A DNA stretch of 64,000 bases from an uncultured Planctomycetaceae bacterium. GTDB taxonomy: Bacteria; Planctomycetota; Planctomycetia; Pirellulales; PALSA-1355. How positions within the stretch are numbered: position 1 is the first letter of the stretch; each line of letters starts with the position of its first letter. Position numbers and translations under genes: made by a program. The notes under the pieces are model-generated. The model made no database searches. It had not been told where the DNA came from and saw only the letters and a list, made by a program, of their open reading frames with translations. Shown piece after piece: positions 43,556 to 54,790 of the stretch. The DNA lies in NCBI GenBank assembly GCA_963785305.1, contig CAWAUV010000004.1:1-64000 (forward strand). The letters are read 5' to 3'.

Positions 43556-46393
43556 ATGGCGTCGCGCCGCGTGTACCGCATTTCAATCTGCTTGGGGCTC
43601 GCGCTCGTGGCCGCGCTGTTCGGCCGGGCGTTCACGGACCGGCAAACGTTTGTATTTCGCGACGCGGCGCATTATTACGCGCCGCTCTTTCAGTGGAATG
43701 TCGCCGAGTGGCGCGCCGGCCGTGTTCCGCTTTGGAATCCGCTCGAAGGCCTCGGCTCCCCGACGCTCGGCGAAAACACGGCTAGCGTGTTCTATCCCGG
43801 CCAAGCGCTGCTCGTGGGCCCGCTGGAATTTTACTGGGCCTACAATTTTTATATCGTGTCGCACTTGGCGATCGCCGCTTGGGCGCGGGCCGGCTCGCGC
43901 ACCGCTGGGGCCGCGAGCCGCCGGGCGTCGGTTGGGCGGCGCTCGTCTATGCCTTTAGCGGACCGGTGCTATTTCAATATTGCAATGTCGTGTTCCTCAT
44001 CGGCGCGGCATGGCTGCCCTGGGCGCTGGCGGCGATCGACGGCGTGTTCGCGGCGACGAGCCTGCGCCGCCATGAGGTCGATGATCGCGCTCGCGGTGTT
44101 CGTGGCCCTGATGGTGCTCGGCGGCGATCCTCAAATGGCCTACCATGTGGCGATCGCGGCGGCGCTGTATGGAATCGCGCGCGCGCGGCGAAACGATGCA
44201 TTGCTCGGCGCCACGACCACCGAGAAAAACGGCGAGAAATGCAACAATGCCGCGCGCGCCGGCTCGCCGCGAGGCTGGCTGTGCCTGGGCGGCGGTCTTG
44301 TGCTGGCCGCATGCTTGGCGGCGGTGCAGATCGTTCCGGCGTTTGAGCTGGCGCACGAGTCGCCGCGGGCGGCCGACGATGGCCCACGCAACATTTGGGA
44401 GCTGATCGCCTGGACGTTCGCTCCGCCGCCGGCCGAGGTCGATGGCCGACCGGTCTCGCGGCCCGAGCGGTCGTTGCTCCTCGACGCCGAGGCCGGCGCG
44501 TCGCATATGCGGCATGTTTATCAATTCAGCGTCGGCCCATGGCGCTGGCTCGAATTGGCGTGGCCCAATATCGGCGGACAGCAGTTTCCGGAACATCGTC
44601 GGTGGTTCGCCGCCATTGGTGAGAAACGCATTTGGGCGCCGAGCCTCTATGCCGGGGCTTTAATGCTGCCGTTTGCATTCGCCGGCTGGCGCGGGGCGGG
44701 CGGCGAACCGCGCTGGCGATGGATGCGCTGGCTCGGCCTTGGAGCGGCGCTCGCGAGCTTCGGCGAATATGGACTCGGCTGGGTGTTCGGCGCGCTCTCG
44801 GAATCCGTCGCCGGCCGGCCGCTGGCCGTGGGGCCGGAGGTCGGCGGCGTGTACTGGCTCATGAGCGTGGCGCTGCCCGGCTATGTGTCGTTTCGCTATC
44901 CGGCCAAACTATGGACGATCGCCGCGCTGGCCCTGGCAATGTTCTCGGCCCGAGGCTTGGATCGGGCACTCGCGCCGGGCGATCAAAGGATCGCGCTCGG
45001 CGCCAGACGCATTGCGCTGGGCTGGATACAATGGCTCGGCGTGGCGGGGCTCGCGGGGCTTGCGGCGGCGGGCGTGGGGCGGGGCTGGTTTTTGGACCAC
45101 ATGGCCACCGCGCCGGCCGACTCGATCTTCGGACCGCTCCACGCGGCGGGCGCGTGGAACGATATCGCGCTCGGCTTTGGGCAAAGCGCCGCGGTTTTGT
45201 GCGCCGGCTGGTTGCTGTTGCGATTTCGGCCCCGGGGAGCGACCTTTACCGCCGCGGCGCTGCTCACGCTGGCGACGGTCGACTTGGCGGTGGCCCATCG
45301 GTGGCTGGCGCCCACGGCTGATTTCGAAGCATTCACGAAAACACCCGCGCTTTCGCCGTCGCCGCGGCGAATCCATTTGCTCGAGACGATGCGGATCGAC
45401 CGCGCGGACAGCTTGCTTCCGGCCGCGTGGCGCGAGCGAGGATCGCCCAATCGGCTGCGTGAAATGGTGGCATGGGATCGCGACACCCTCGCGCCTAAGT
45501 ATCATCTGCCGCTCGGGCTGGGAAGTGTCGAGAGCACCGGAATGGCGCCGGAAGCGGAGGCCGCGTTTTGGGAAGTCGCCCGGCTGCATGGGCCCCGGCT
45601 AACAGTCCGCGGCAGCATGGCTGATGGCGAGGACAAGGCCAACGGCGATGGCGACAATCGCGACGAGTCCGAGGGCGATGCGCTGCCTCATCCGTCGGCG
45701 CTCGATCTGGCGAAGGTTGGTTATTTAATTCTTCCCCCGGGGCTCGATCTTGGTTTCTGGGAGGATTGGATCGAAGAGCCGCTCAAACCGGTCGCCGGGG
45801 CCGAGGGTTACAGCGTTCGGCGGCCTCTTGCGCGAGCTTGGATCGTCGACCGAGTCACGCAGCTTCCGGAATTGCACGACCGTCGACCGGCGGCAATCCG
45901 GCAGCGCACCGAAACTGTGCTGTTTCCCGGCGGCCAGCCGCGCGATTGGCGACAGGAAGCCGTGATTGAAACCAAAAGCAAATCCATATTGTTGCCCACG
46001 CCACGCGGCGATGAAGTTGATGACTTTTCTTTAATTTCAATAATCGAGGTCCCGTTCGACACTCCGCAACATGTGGTGATAGAAGCGGAAGTGCTTCACC
46101 CCGGCCTGCTGGTGCTGGCCGATGCCTTTGATTCCGGTTGGCGAGCGACAATCGCGCACAACGGCGCGGTGAGCGAGGCCGAGATATTGCGCACCGACCG
46201 AATGCTGCGCGGAGTGCTAGTGCCATCGGGCCGGAGCGTCGTGGAATTCGTCTATGCGCCCCGCTCGTTCCGCTGGGGCGCCGTGGTCAGTGGCTTGGCC
46301 TGGCTGGCGACGAGTCTCTGGGCGTTAAGTCATTGGGCGATGCCGCATCGAGCGCGAGAGCGTTCGATGTCGGTGAATCTTCCTGGGAACTGA
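43556..46393 (+). CDS. YfhO-family / GT-C-like multi-TM protein with compensating frameshifts ~43885-44075
   Basis: FRDAAHYYAP, PLWNP, FYPG, LGGDPQ, FRYPAK and PGLLVLADAFDSGWRA. Confidence 0.82.
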   Translation: MASRRVYRISICLGLALVAALFGRAFTDRQTFVFRDAAHYYAPLFQWNVAEWRAGRVPLWNPLEGLGSPTLGENTASVFYPGQALLVGPLEFYWAYNFYIVSHLAIAAWARAGSRTAGAASRRASVGRRSSMPLADRCYFNIAMSCSSSARHGCPGRWRRSTACSRRRACAAMRSMIALAVFVALMVLGGDPQMAYHVAIAAALYGIARARRNDALLGATTTEKNGEKCNNAARAGSPRGWLCLGGGLVLAACLAAVQIVPAFELAHESPRAADDGPRNIWELIAWTFAPPPAEVDGRPVSRPERSLLLDAEAGASHMRHVYQFSVGPWRWLELAWPNIGGQQFPEHRRWFAAIGEKRIWAPSLYAGALMLPFAFAGWRGAGGEPRWRWMRWLGLGAALASFGEYGLGWVFGALSESVAGRPLAVGPEVGGVYWLMSVALPGYVSFRYPAKLWTIAALALAMFSARGLDRALAPGDQRIALGARRIALGWIQWLGVAGLAGLAAAGVGRGWFLDHMATAPADSIFGPLHAAGAWNDIALGFGQSAAVLCAGWLLLRFRPRGATFTAAALLTLATVDLAVAHRWLAPTADFEAFTKTPALSPSPRRIHLLETMRIDRADSLLPAAWRERGSPNRLREMVAWDRDTLAPKYHLPLGLGSVESTGMAPEAEAAFWEVARLHGPRLTVRGSMADGEDKANGDGDNRDESEGDALPHPSALDLAKVGYLILPPGLDLGFWEDWIEEPLKPVAGAEGYSVRRPLARAWIVDRVTQLPELHDRRPAAIRQRTETVLFPGGQPRDWRQEAVIETKSKSILLPTPRGDEVDDFSLISIIEVPFDTPQHVVIEAEVLHPGLLVLADAFDSGWRATIAHNGAVSEAEILRTDRMLRGVLVPSGRSVVEFVYAPRSFRWGAVVSGLAWLATSLWALSHWAMPHRARERSMSVNLPGN

Positions 46394-48083
46394 ACCGCCG
46401 CGGCGGCGGATCCCCGGAATCCGGGGCGCCCATGCGTCCGTTTTTCTCGTCGAAGCGGTTGATTGTCGCGACGAACAGAATCGCGGTGAGCGCCGCGTAG
46501 AGAAAGTTGCCCGCGATATACGCGGCGCAAATCTTGTCGGAGGATTCCTGGGAAAAATAAAAGGCCACGTACACGAGCATCGTGGCGCAGGGCGCGAGCG
46601 CGAAGTAATCGGCGCCGGGGCCGCGGAACATCATCGGAGCACAGCACATCAAGTACCCACCGGCCAGGAACAAGCAAGCTCCCAGCGCAGGCGCCTTGGG
46701 CTCGCTGGGTGGATTTGAACGACAGCGAGCAAAATATGCCGAGAATGCCGGCAAACGCGGCGAGGATTAGTGTGGTGACAATCATATAAGGCGCGTCTTT
46801 CAAAACACTCGGCTGGTCATATGCCGCCAGCGCGATCAGATACAGCCAGGCCCAGCCCGCCAGCCGCGCGGAATGCAGATTGCCTAGGAATTTCCCCCAC
46901 ACGAACTCGCGCGCCGTGAGCGGGGTGCTCAACAGCGTGAGCCACGTTTCCCGCTCGCGCTCGGTGGTGATCGAGCTCGCGCTCCGGAGCGCGATCAACA
47001 CCAGCACCACATCCGTCAGCACCATCATGGCGGCTCGGGCGATCCCCACGAACTCTGTCTGGGGCTGGCCACCACCGCCATAGTGAATTCCCCGCATCTT
47101 CCAGAAGAGCGCGAAGACGCCGACGGCCAAGAGGCCAATGAACAATCGACTCACGACGCGTTCGATCGCCCAGCGGCCAACGCGGCGATTGCCGCGCATC
47201 TCTCTCCACGGAATCGGCCAATCACCAACCGGCCTGCCGCGGGTGGCAAAGGCGATCTGTTTTTTGCTGGCCGTCGCGGCGACCTGGCCGAGATGCACGC
47301 GCCGCACGCTCCAGCAGGCAAGCAGGAGCATCGCGGCCGCGAACAGGCTATCATCGCGCAGCATGAGGAGCACGGTCGGCCAGCTTCCGCCGCCTTGGGT
47401 AGTCGCCATCCAAAGTGTTTTCGCCATCGTGGCGAGAGGATTGGCTTCCTCGAGCGTTGAACTAATCCAACCGATCGCCGGCGACCAAAACCCGAGCGCC
47501 CGACTCGCGCCGAGGATCATCGGCGGCACAAGCAACAACAGGAGGATAAGATAAACCTTCGCCAGCGCATCGCGCACCTTGGCCGACCGCACCGAGACCA
47601 CGAGCGCAAGCGACGTCACGGCAAGCATGGCGCCGCCGGTAATCACGAAACTCTGCAGAAGAATCGTCGTGTCGACGCCGCCCAGGAGCGTTGTCAGCGC
47701 CAGAATCGGCAGTCCCACCGCCACGAGCGCCGCCAAGCTCGCGAACCGCGAGAGCAGCTTGCCAAACACGATTTCGGCGTTCGTCAGATCGGTGGCGAAG
47801 AGATATTCAATCGTGCGCCGCTCGCGCTCCACCGCGATCGCCGGGGCCACGAGCGCGGGTCCCACCAAGAGCACCATGAGCAATTGGGCAAATGAAAAAT
47901 AACCCAAGAAGAATTGGGCGAACGTGGCCATCAGGCCGATCGGCACTTGGTTTCCGGAAAACCTCGGTAGCATCTCGCAAAGAAACCAAAGCAGGATGGC
48001 GGCATAAATGGCGCGAATCCAATACGGCCGCGCCGGCGCGCGCTCGTGACCAAATCGAAATAAAACAGCGGGCCGGGAAACAT
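46287..48083 (-). CDS. ABC-2-type transporter permease with duplicated domain, frameshifted at both ends
   Basis: AIAVERERRTIEYLFATDL...GKL and SITTERERETWLTLLSTPL...GKF. Confidence 0.82.
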
Positions 48084-48266
48084 CGTGCGGAACGCCATGT
48101 CGCGAAACGAGGAAGAGACACCGAGCGAACCTAGAATATCGGATGCCGGTCCTCGGCGAAACATCCCGACGCGCCGCGCCGACTTTGCTCCCCGGCGCCA
48201 GAAGGGGTAAACTGACAAGGGTATCGCTTTCCATCGACAAGCTCCGATGAGCGGGAGAGACCAAAT

Positions 48267-48641
48267 ATGCCAGAAATCCCCAGCCGTGGTCCGCGGGCCG
48301 ATGCCGAGCCGTCGTCGCCCGCCAACGCCGAGTCGCCGGCCCAATCGCCGCCAGCCACCGCCGGACTGTCGGCGCCCGCCGTCGCGGTCCCGGCCGAGGC
48401 GGCGCCCTCGCCCGAGGTGCTCAAGGCGGCTTTCAAAGCGTTTAAGAAGCGGATCAAAGTCACGCAGCTCGACAGCGAATCGCGGATCGGCCGCGGACCG
48501 ATGAGCTCGGGCCAGCGTTCGACCATCGACGCGATCACTCCGCCCGACCAATATCCGCGGGCCGTGTGGGACGAGCTGGTGAAGCAAAAGAAGCTCGTGC
48601 CGCGCAGCCACGGCATGTATGGGCTTGCCCCGAACGCATGA
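48267..48641 (+). CDS. Hypothetical protein with Pro/Ala-rich N-terminus
   Basis: GGAG RBS; AFKAFKKRIKVTQLD...VWDELVKQKKL. Confidence 0.75.
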   Translation: MPEIPSRGPRADAEPSSPANAESPAQSPPATAGLSAPAVAVPAEAAPSPEVLKAAFKAFKKRIKVTQLDSESRIGRGPMSSGQRSTIDAITPPDQYPRAVWDELVKQKKLVPRSHGMYGLAPNA

Positions 48642-48686
48642 CGTGTCGGGCGCCGGGCTCTCCCCCGGCGAGAGAAGCTGTCTGCG

Positions 48687-48780
48687 TAGTGCAATGCCAA
48701 CGCATAATTTCGAGATTGGTGGGACATGCCCACGCAAGCGTGGGCGGGCGCTTCAATTTTAAGCCGTGACAAGGCATTAG
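48687..48780. mobile_element. MITE-like element copy B
   Basis: Right end reverse-complements to ctaatgccttgtcacggct (compare copy A); internal catgcccacgcaagcgtggg hairpin. Confidence 0.55.
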
Positions 48781-49582
48781 CTCGCCGAGGCCGATCGCTG
48801 CCGCAGCGCTTCGTAGAACAAGATGGCGGCGGTGGCCGAGACATTGAGGCTATCGACCACGCCGCGCATCGGCAGTCGAGCGGCCGTGGCGTCGGCCGCG
48901 CGCAAGCGTCGCTCAGCCCCCCGGCCTCGCTGCCGAGCACAATGGCTGTCGGCCGGCGGAAATCGACGTGCGTGTAGTCGCGAGCTCCGTCGACCCGAGT
49001 GCATACGATTTCCAATCCCTCCCGCCGTATCCAAGCTAGGGCCGCTTGCCCCGACGCCGCCACGACCGGCAGCGCGAACACGGCCCCCAGGCTCGCGCGA
49101 ATGCAATTCGGGTTGTAGAGATCGGCCCGGCCATCGGCCACGATCAGGGCCGAGATTCCGGCGGCGTCGGCCGAGCGGATTATGGCGCCCACATTGCCCG
49201 GCTTTTCGATCCCTTCGAGCACCGCCACCAGCGGCGCCGCGGGGAGCTTGAGCTCGGCGAGCGAGCGTTTGGGGAGCGTCGCCACGGCCACGATCCCCTC
49301 GACCCGATCGCCAAACACGACCTTTCGCAACACCGGTTCGCTCACCGCGATCTCGGGCACGCCGGCTTCTTGCAGGGCGGTAAGCGTGTGCCGGCTTTCG
49401 GCCGATCGGCAGAGCGGTTCACAAACAAACGCTTCGACGATCGCCACGCCGCAGGCCAATGCCCGGCGAATCTCGCGAGCGCCGTCGATCACCATTTGCC
49501 CTCGATGTTCGCGATGCTTGCGATCACGGAGCTTGACGGTCTCCTTGATTCGCGGGTTTTGCAAGCTCGTGATCGGGTCCAT
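48777..49582 (-). CDS. TrmH/SpoU-family RNA 2'-O-methyltransferase, frameshift ~48900
   Basis: ITSLQNPRIK, EKPGNVGAIIRSA, GSEAGGL and DSLNVS. Confidence 0.92.
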
Positions 49583-49884
49583 GTACGGCGAGTTTCCCAG
49601 GTGGCCAAAAGGCGGCGGTTCGCTGACGCAAAGCGGCGGATCGCGGCGGCGCCGCCGCTTTGCCGGTTCTCCCGCCGGCGCCCGGCGAGCGTCGCGGGGC
49701 GATAGGCGTGGTATTTTCCCAAACCGCATGGTTGACGCAACCGGGCCGCGATGCAAGACTAGAAAGTACCTCTTCCGGCGGCGGAACGGCGCCGGGGGAT
49801 GTTACCTTTCAGAGGTCTTTTCTAGCGCTCGCACAATAACTTCAGGGCTTTGGTTGGCCTGGACTTTTGTTAGCCCTTTTTTGA

Positions 49885-50634
49885 GTGCGGCTCTCGGAAC
49901 CGTTCGGCGTCGCAGGCGGAGAAGCGACTTTGGCGACCGAATCTCAATTGTCCACGGTGTCGATTCGCGCCGATTTTATTCGGCCGGGTGGGCGCTTTGT
50001 ACGGCGCGGCGCGGATCGCTTCGAGTTGTTCCCGCGCGCGAGCGGCCGGTTTGCTTGGGGACCGCTTGTCGGATGCCTGACATTCGCCTCGCTGGCCGTT
50101 GTCGATGACCGCTATGAAAGCGGCGTGACGTTTTTGGTCGGCCTGTTCGTGGCCGTGGCCACGGTGTTCGGCGTGTGGACCGTGGCGGCATTCGTGGCGC
50201 GGCGGCGGCCGGTGGCTCGGTTCGATCGTCGCGCGGGCCGGTTCACTTATTGGGCTCCGAGCGACACGTTATTGTTTCCGCTCAATTCGGTGGTGGCGGT
50301 CCAGACACTCCGCTATGGCCCTCATGTGGGCGCCGCCGCTGGCGCCTCATTCCGCAATCGCGATTCCTGGGAAGTGAATGTCGTCGTGGGCGGGTCTCAA
50401 GCCAAGCGGCTTTGCGTGGCCTGCGGCGGAGCTGACGAAAGCTCGCCGGGTCGGGCCTTGGCCGAATTTCTCGAAACGCCCTTGTATTCGCATCTTGCCC
50501 AGGGCGGCAGTGTCCACATGCGGCCCGACGACGCCGATTCCCAGGAGCCCGCGCCGCTCTCGGCCGCCACACTGAGCTCCTTGACAAGCCCCGGCTCCCG
50601 CCCCGCTCCGCCCTCGCTGCGATTGATCTCGTGA
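49885..50634 (+). CDS. Hypothetical membrane protein
   Basis: Two hydrophobic segments, then an FDRRAG beta-rich region. Confidence 0.55.
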   Translation: MRLSEPFGVAGGEATLATESQLSTVSIRADFIRPGGRFVRRGADRFELFPRASGRFAWGPLVGCLTFASLAVVDDRYESGVTFLVGLFVAVATVFGVWTVAAFVARRRPVARFDRRAGRFTYWAPSDTLLFPLNSVVAVQTLRYGPHVGAAAGASFRNRDSWEVNVVVGGSQAKRLCVACGGADESSPGRALAEFLETPLYSHLAQGGSVHMRPDDADSQEPAPLSAATLSSLTSPGSRPAPPSLRLIS

Positions 50635-50741
50635 GCGGGCGCGGCTAAGCTGCCTGCGTCGCCGCCCGAGCGTCGGGCGCCACAAGCGCTCGCGCTCGCC
50701 GTTGGCGTGTTCGAGATCCGGCGGGCGAAAAAAGGTCATGG

Positions 50742-51285
50742 ATGAAAGACTCCGACTCGCCACAAACATTTGCCGAAGGCCGCTTCTTGCGGCTTGTGCG
50801 GCGACGTCACTGGGAATGGGCCGAGCGAACCAGCGCCCGGGGCGCCGCGATCATCGTGGCGCTCACCACCGAACATCGCGTGCTCTTTGTCGAGCAACAT
50901 CGCATTCCGATCGACGCCACGACGATCGAACTGCCCGCGGGACTGGTGGGTGACACCGCGGGCCAAGAGCGCGAGGACCCAGCCGAGGCCGCCCGCCGCG
51001 AACTGCTCGAGGAAACCGGCCACGAGGCGCCGACCTTGGAATTCTTGGCCGAATGCCTTACTTCGCCCGGCCTGACCGACGAATCCGTGCGATTCTATCT
51101 GGCGCGACGCGAGAAAAGTCGCGGCTGGCGGCGGGGTCGAGCACGAAGAGATCACGGTCCATGTCGTGCCGCTCGAAGACTGCGACGCGTGGCTCCGCGA
51201 TCAGGTTGCCCAAGGCAAGCGCGTGTCGGCCACGGTGCATGCCGGGCTGCGGCTCATGAACGTGGCGCTCGGAGGCGCTCTTTAG
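50742..51285 (+). CDS. NUDIX hydrolase (ADP-ribose pyrophosphatase-like), frameshift ~51108
   Basis: IELPAGLV, AARRELLEETG and SPG. Confidence 0.88.
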
Positions 51286-51321
51286 AGCGATCGCCGCATC
51301 GTCGGCAGTTCGCCACTTTAT

Positions 51322-51496
51322 CTAGCGCTCTTTCACGGCTGAAATGACGGATAACCCAGTTTGCTTGCGTGCCATGCCCACTGCCCCGAGTGGGCATGTT
51401 TTCAAGTGCAACGCAGGGTCCTCATGCCCACGCAGGGTCGTGGGCATGGCACGCGAAACGAATCCAACCCGTCACTTCAACTGTGACGATGCACTA
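51322..51496. mobile_element. MITE-like element copy C carrying two REP-like hairpins
   Basis: 28-nt imperfect terminal IR (20/28); internal gtgccatgcccac...gtgggcatg and catgcccacg...cgtgggcatggcac. Confidence 0.7.
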
Positions 51497-52699
51497 TTTC
51501 GCCGAGTCGGCGGGCCGCGAGAAGAGTAACGTGCCGAAGCCGGGGTGATCGGCTGAAAACGCCGGCCCCTCGGGGCGAAGTTTCGCCGCCGCCTCGCCGA
51601 TAAATGGCGCATCGAGCCCGCGGCGCCGGTGATAATGATTCCACGCCATTTCGTAAATCGGCCGCAGCTCGCCGCGACCTTCTTCCGAAATGCGCTTGTG
51701 GCGATACTTACCGGTCACATCGACCGTGGCGACAAACGGCATATCGTGGCCGAGATTGTAGCGAGCGGTGTATTCAAAGCCGGCGAGTAGCCGGTTGTCG
51801 ACTTCTCCATAAAGGTCGATGCCCTGATTCCAGGCGACCTCGCAGGTCTCGGCCAAGAGGCCCAGGCCAAGCTGGGCATGTTGCTGGTCGCGGCCCGATT
51901 CCTGGCACTGGCCCGCGGGATTGATGACATAGTGCGTGATTCGGCCGTTGCCCTGGCCCCGGCGAAAGTAATCGGCCACCCGATCGACGAGCGCCGGATC
52001 GTCGCAAAAAACGCCGATTGCGATCAGCGTCTTCATGCAGGCGGCATCCCAATTGCCGTTGGCAAAGGTGGCGAAATCCTTGAGCGGCGGATAAATCGCG
52101 CGGCGGAGCATTTGTCGGAACCGTTCGCTGGCGTCGGGCGGCCAAGGCGAGGTCGGCGAATCGTCGCGCATCAGCTCCGCGGCGTTGACGAATTTGAAGC
52201 CATTGAGACCGGCCGCGAGCTGCACATCATGGCCGCGCATTTCGCGCAGCGTGCTCGACCATGCGTTGAGAATTTCGATCGCCTTGCGGGCATGGGCCTC
52301 GTTGCCGGTCAGGCGCCACATGATCGCGTTTTGATAGGCGGCGTTGGCATCGGCGACCATTTCGCCGTTGCCGACCGTGTTTCCGGTCTCGCGGATCACG
52401 ACCTCGAAAGGGCCCTGGCGTCGATAATCGGCCCGCGAGAATTTGTCGGCCTCGAGCCGCGCGAAGCCGGCTTTCCAAGGCTCATCGCCCGCGGCCACAT
52501 GGCGTCGCATGCGATCGAGATCGGCTTGCGTGTGCAGAAGGCCCGGATGCACGAACTTGCGAGTGCTGCCCGCGGGCTCGACCGCCTCGGCGACGAGGAG
52601 CCGGGCGGAGACCGCGAGCGCGAGCACAATCGCCAACGGCGGCCCAACGCGGCGAGCGGCGGTGCGAATGATTCGCGAACTACCAAGGCGGTGGTTCAT
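51494..52699 (-). CDS. Secreted alginate-lyase-family protein
   Basis: Signal peptide; FVHPGLLHT, NGNWD and GQCQESGRDQQH. Confidence 0.8.
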   Translation of the reverse strand: MNHRLGSSRIIRTAARRVGPPLAIVLALAVSARLLVAEAVEPAGSTRKFVHPGLLHTQADLDRMRRHVAAGDEPWKAGFARLEADKFSRADYRRQGPFEVVIRETGNTVGNGEMVADANAAYQNAIMWRLTGNEAHARKAIEILNAWSSTLREMRGHDVQLAAGLNGFKFVNAAELMRDDSPTSPWPPDASERFRQMLRRAIYPPLKDFATFANGNWDAACMKTLIAIGVFCDDPALVDRVADYFRRGQGNGRITHYVINPAGQCQESGRDQQHAQLGLGLLAETCEVAWNQGIDLYGEVDNRLLAGFEYTARYNLGHDMPFVATVDVTGKYRHKRISEEGRGELRPIYEMAWNHYHRRRGLDAPFIGEAAAKLRPEGPAFSADHPGFGTLLFSRPADSAK

Positions 52700-52730
52700 G
52701 GTTGGGGATTTGGCGAGTGGGTGATGGCGT

Positions 52731-54100
52731 TCATGGGTGCGCGAGAAATCGTGACGCCGCGATCAGCGGCGCCAATTCGCCGGCGGCTTGCTCCGCCTCT
52801 CGCGGACGACCGCCCGGCGTGACAAGGCGTTGATAGAGCGCGAGCGTGCGATCGGCCATCGCCGCGGCATGATAGCGATCGCGCACCGCGTCGTGTCCGC
52901 GGCGGCCCAGGGTTCGCCCGAGTTCGGGATCGACGAGCAGCTTCAGAATCGCCGCGGCGAGCCCCGCGGGGTCTTCGGGCGGGCATAAAAGTCCGCCGCC
53001 GGTGTCGCGAATCATTTCCGTAAAAGCGCCATGTTCGGGCGCCACCACCGGAACCCCATTGGCCCAGGCCTCGAGCACGCTCAGCCCCTTGCTCTCGCGA
53101 TACACGGTCGGCACGCTAAACACATCGAGGCTCCGCAAAAATGCGATCTTGTCGGCGCGACTCACTTCGCCCACATAATCGAATCGATCGGCCAGCGAGC
53201 TGTCGGCGATCTCGCGTTGCAAGCGGTCGAAATACTTCCGATCGCCGGCGCCCAAGTACCCCGCCACTCGCAGCCGCACCGGCGGCGCGTCGGGATTTGC
53301 GCGAGCAGTCGCCAAGCCGCCACCAGCACATGTAGCCCTTTTTCGGGACAAATGCGGGCCAAATAGCCGAGCGTCCGCTCGCGCGTGTCGCGCGGAGCCG
53401 CGGGCAAGCCGTGGCCATCGAGCTTCAATCCGTGCGGAATCACTTCCACGCGATGCCGCGGGGTGGCGAGATAGTCGGCCATGAAATCCGCGTAGTAGTG
53501 ATTCAGCGCCACCAGTGAATCGAGCTCGCCGGCTCGCTCGCGCAAGAGCGCTCGCGCTTGCGAGTAATAAGGCTCGGGCAGTTGCTCCAAAAACAGGTCC
53601 TCGCCCGAGAGCGTGGCCACCACGGGGCAGCCGAGCTTGCGAATCTCGCCGGCCATGCCCGCGAGCATGGTGTTCGAGAGATGCACCACATCGGGCCGGG
53701 CTTCCTCGGCGAGCCAAGCGACGAGTTTCGCGATTTCACCTCGCTGGCGGCCATGCTCTCCGCGAAGCATCGACACGGTGAGCGGCCCCAGCTTGGCGCG
53801 TTCGACGCTCGAGGAGAAACGCATGGCGAAGCGAATCAGCCGCGGATGGTCGAGCAGGTTGGCCAGCGGGCGGGGAACGAATCGGGCCAGCGGCGCGGCC
53901 TGTTGCAGATAGACATTCACCCCGCCGAGAAACACGCGCGACATGCTCACGCTGTCTTCATCGGTGCGGAGCGGAGTGTAGGTGGGCGCGAGCAACGCGT
54001 CGTGGCCGGCCTGCTGGAGCGAGGCGACGAGCGTGTTGTCATGCAGACAACTTCCGCAGATCATATCGGCGGCGCCGGCGGCCAGGTAGACGATCTTCAT
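52731..54100 (-). CDS. Glycosyltransferase family 4 with N-terminal CxxC, frameshift ~53300
   Basis: MICGSCLHDN, ARICPEKG and ESKGLSVLEAWANG. Confidence 0.88.
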
Positions 54101-54216
54101 ACTCTTGCCAGCGATGTCCCGAGAATTGCTCGATCCGCCTTTTACCGTCGGGCGCCGACGTCGAGTCGTTCATGCGACACGCCGTGTTGTTCGACCGCGC
54201 CGCCCGGAGCCGCGCC

Positions 54217-54765
54217 TCAGCCCTCGACCGGCGCCACGATCTCGAGGAGCTGAATCGCCGGCTCGTGGTTGCAGTCGATGATCGCCGTGCGGCCATAGGT
54301 GATGCCCTCGGGCGAGGCGTTAAAGAGTCCGGCCAAGTCATCGCCCATCGCCACTCGCCAGAGATGCGTCAAATGCACTTCGCGGAGCACCTCGTTTTCG
54401 ATCAGAATTCGCCCCAGCGGCGTGCGCTGATCCTCGACCGCCATCCGCACCGCGGGACTCAGCACTCGCAAGTCGATTCGCACGATCCCAAACTGCACCA
54501 CCGCGCCGTCGGACCGTCGCGTGAGCACGATTTTGCGCGAATAGTGATAGTCCTTGGCCGAGGTCGACAGCACGCGCACATCGACCGGCGAGCCATGAAA
54601 ATGCTCGACCGTGACGGTCATGTGGTTTTGGTGCGCGAGCAGCGTTTGATAGACCAACGGCATTTCGGTCGGGCCGACGCCACGAAACCGGCCCAGCCGC
54701 GCATGGTCGGCATAGAACAGATCGACCAGCGGCTCGAGATCGGCGCTCAAATGGTCCTGGTTCAC
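54217..54765 (-). CDS. Chorismate-lyase/UTRA-fold protein
   Basis: LLAHQNHMTVTVE, YSRKIVL, PLGRIL and GRT...IQLLEIV match the UbiC-like pattern. Confidence 0.6.
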   Translation of the reverse strand: MNQDHLSADLEPLVDLFYADHARLGRFRGVGPTEMPLVYQTLLAHQNHMTVTVEHFHGSPVDVRVLSTSAKDYHYSRKIVLTRRSDGAVVQFGIVRIDLRVLSPAVRMAVEDQRTPLGRILIENEVLREVHLTHLWRVAMGDDLAGLFNASPEGITYGRTAIIDCNHEPAIQLLEIVAPVEG

Positions 54766-54790
54766 GGCTGCCTCGATGAATGAAACGCGA

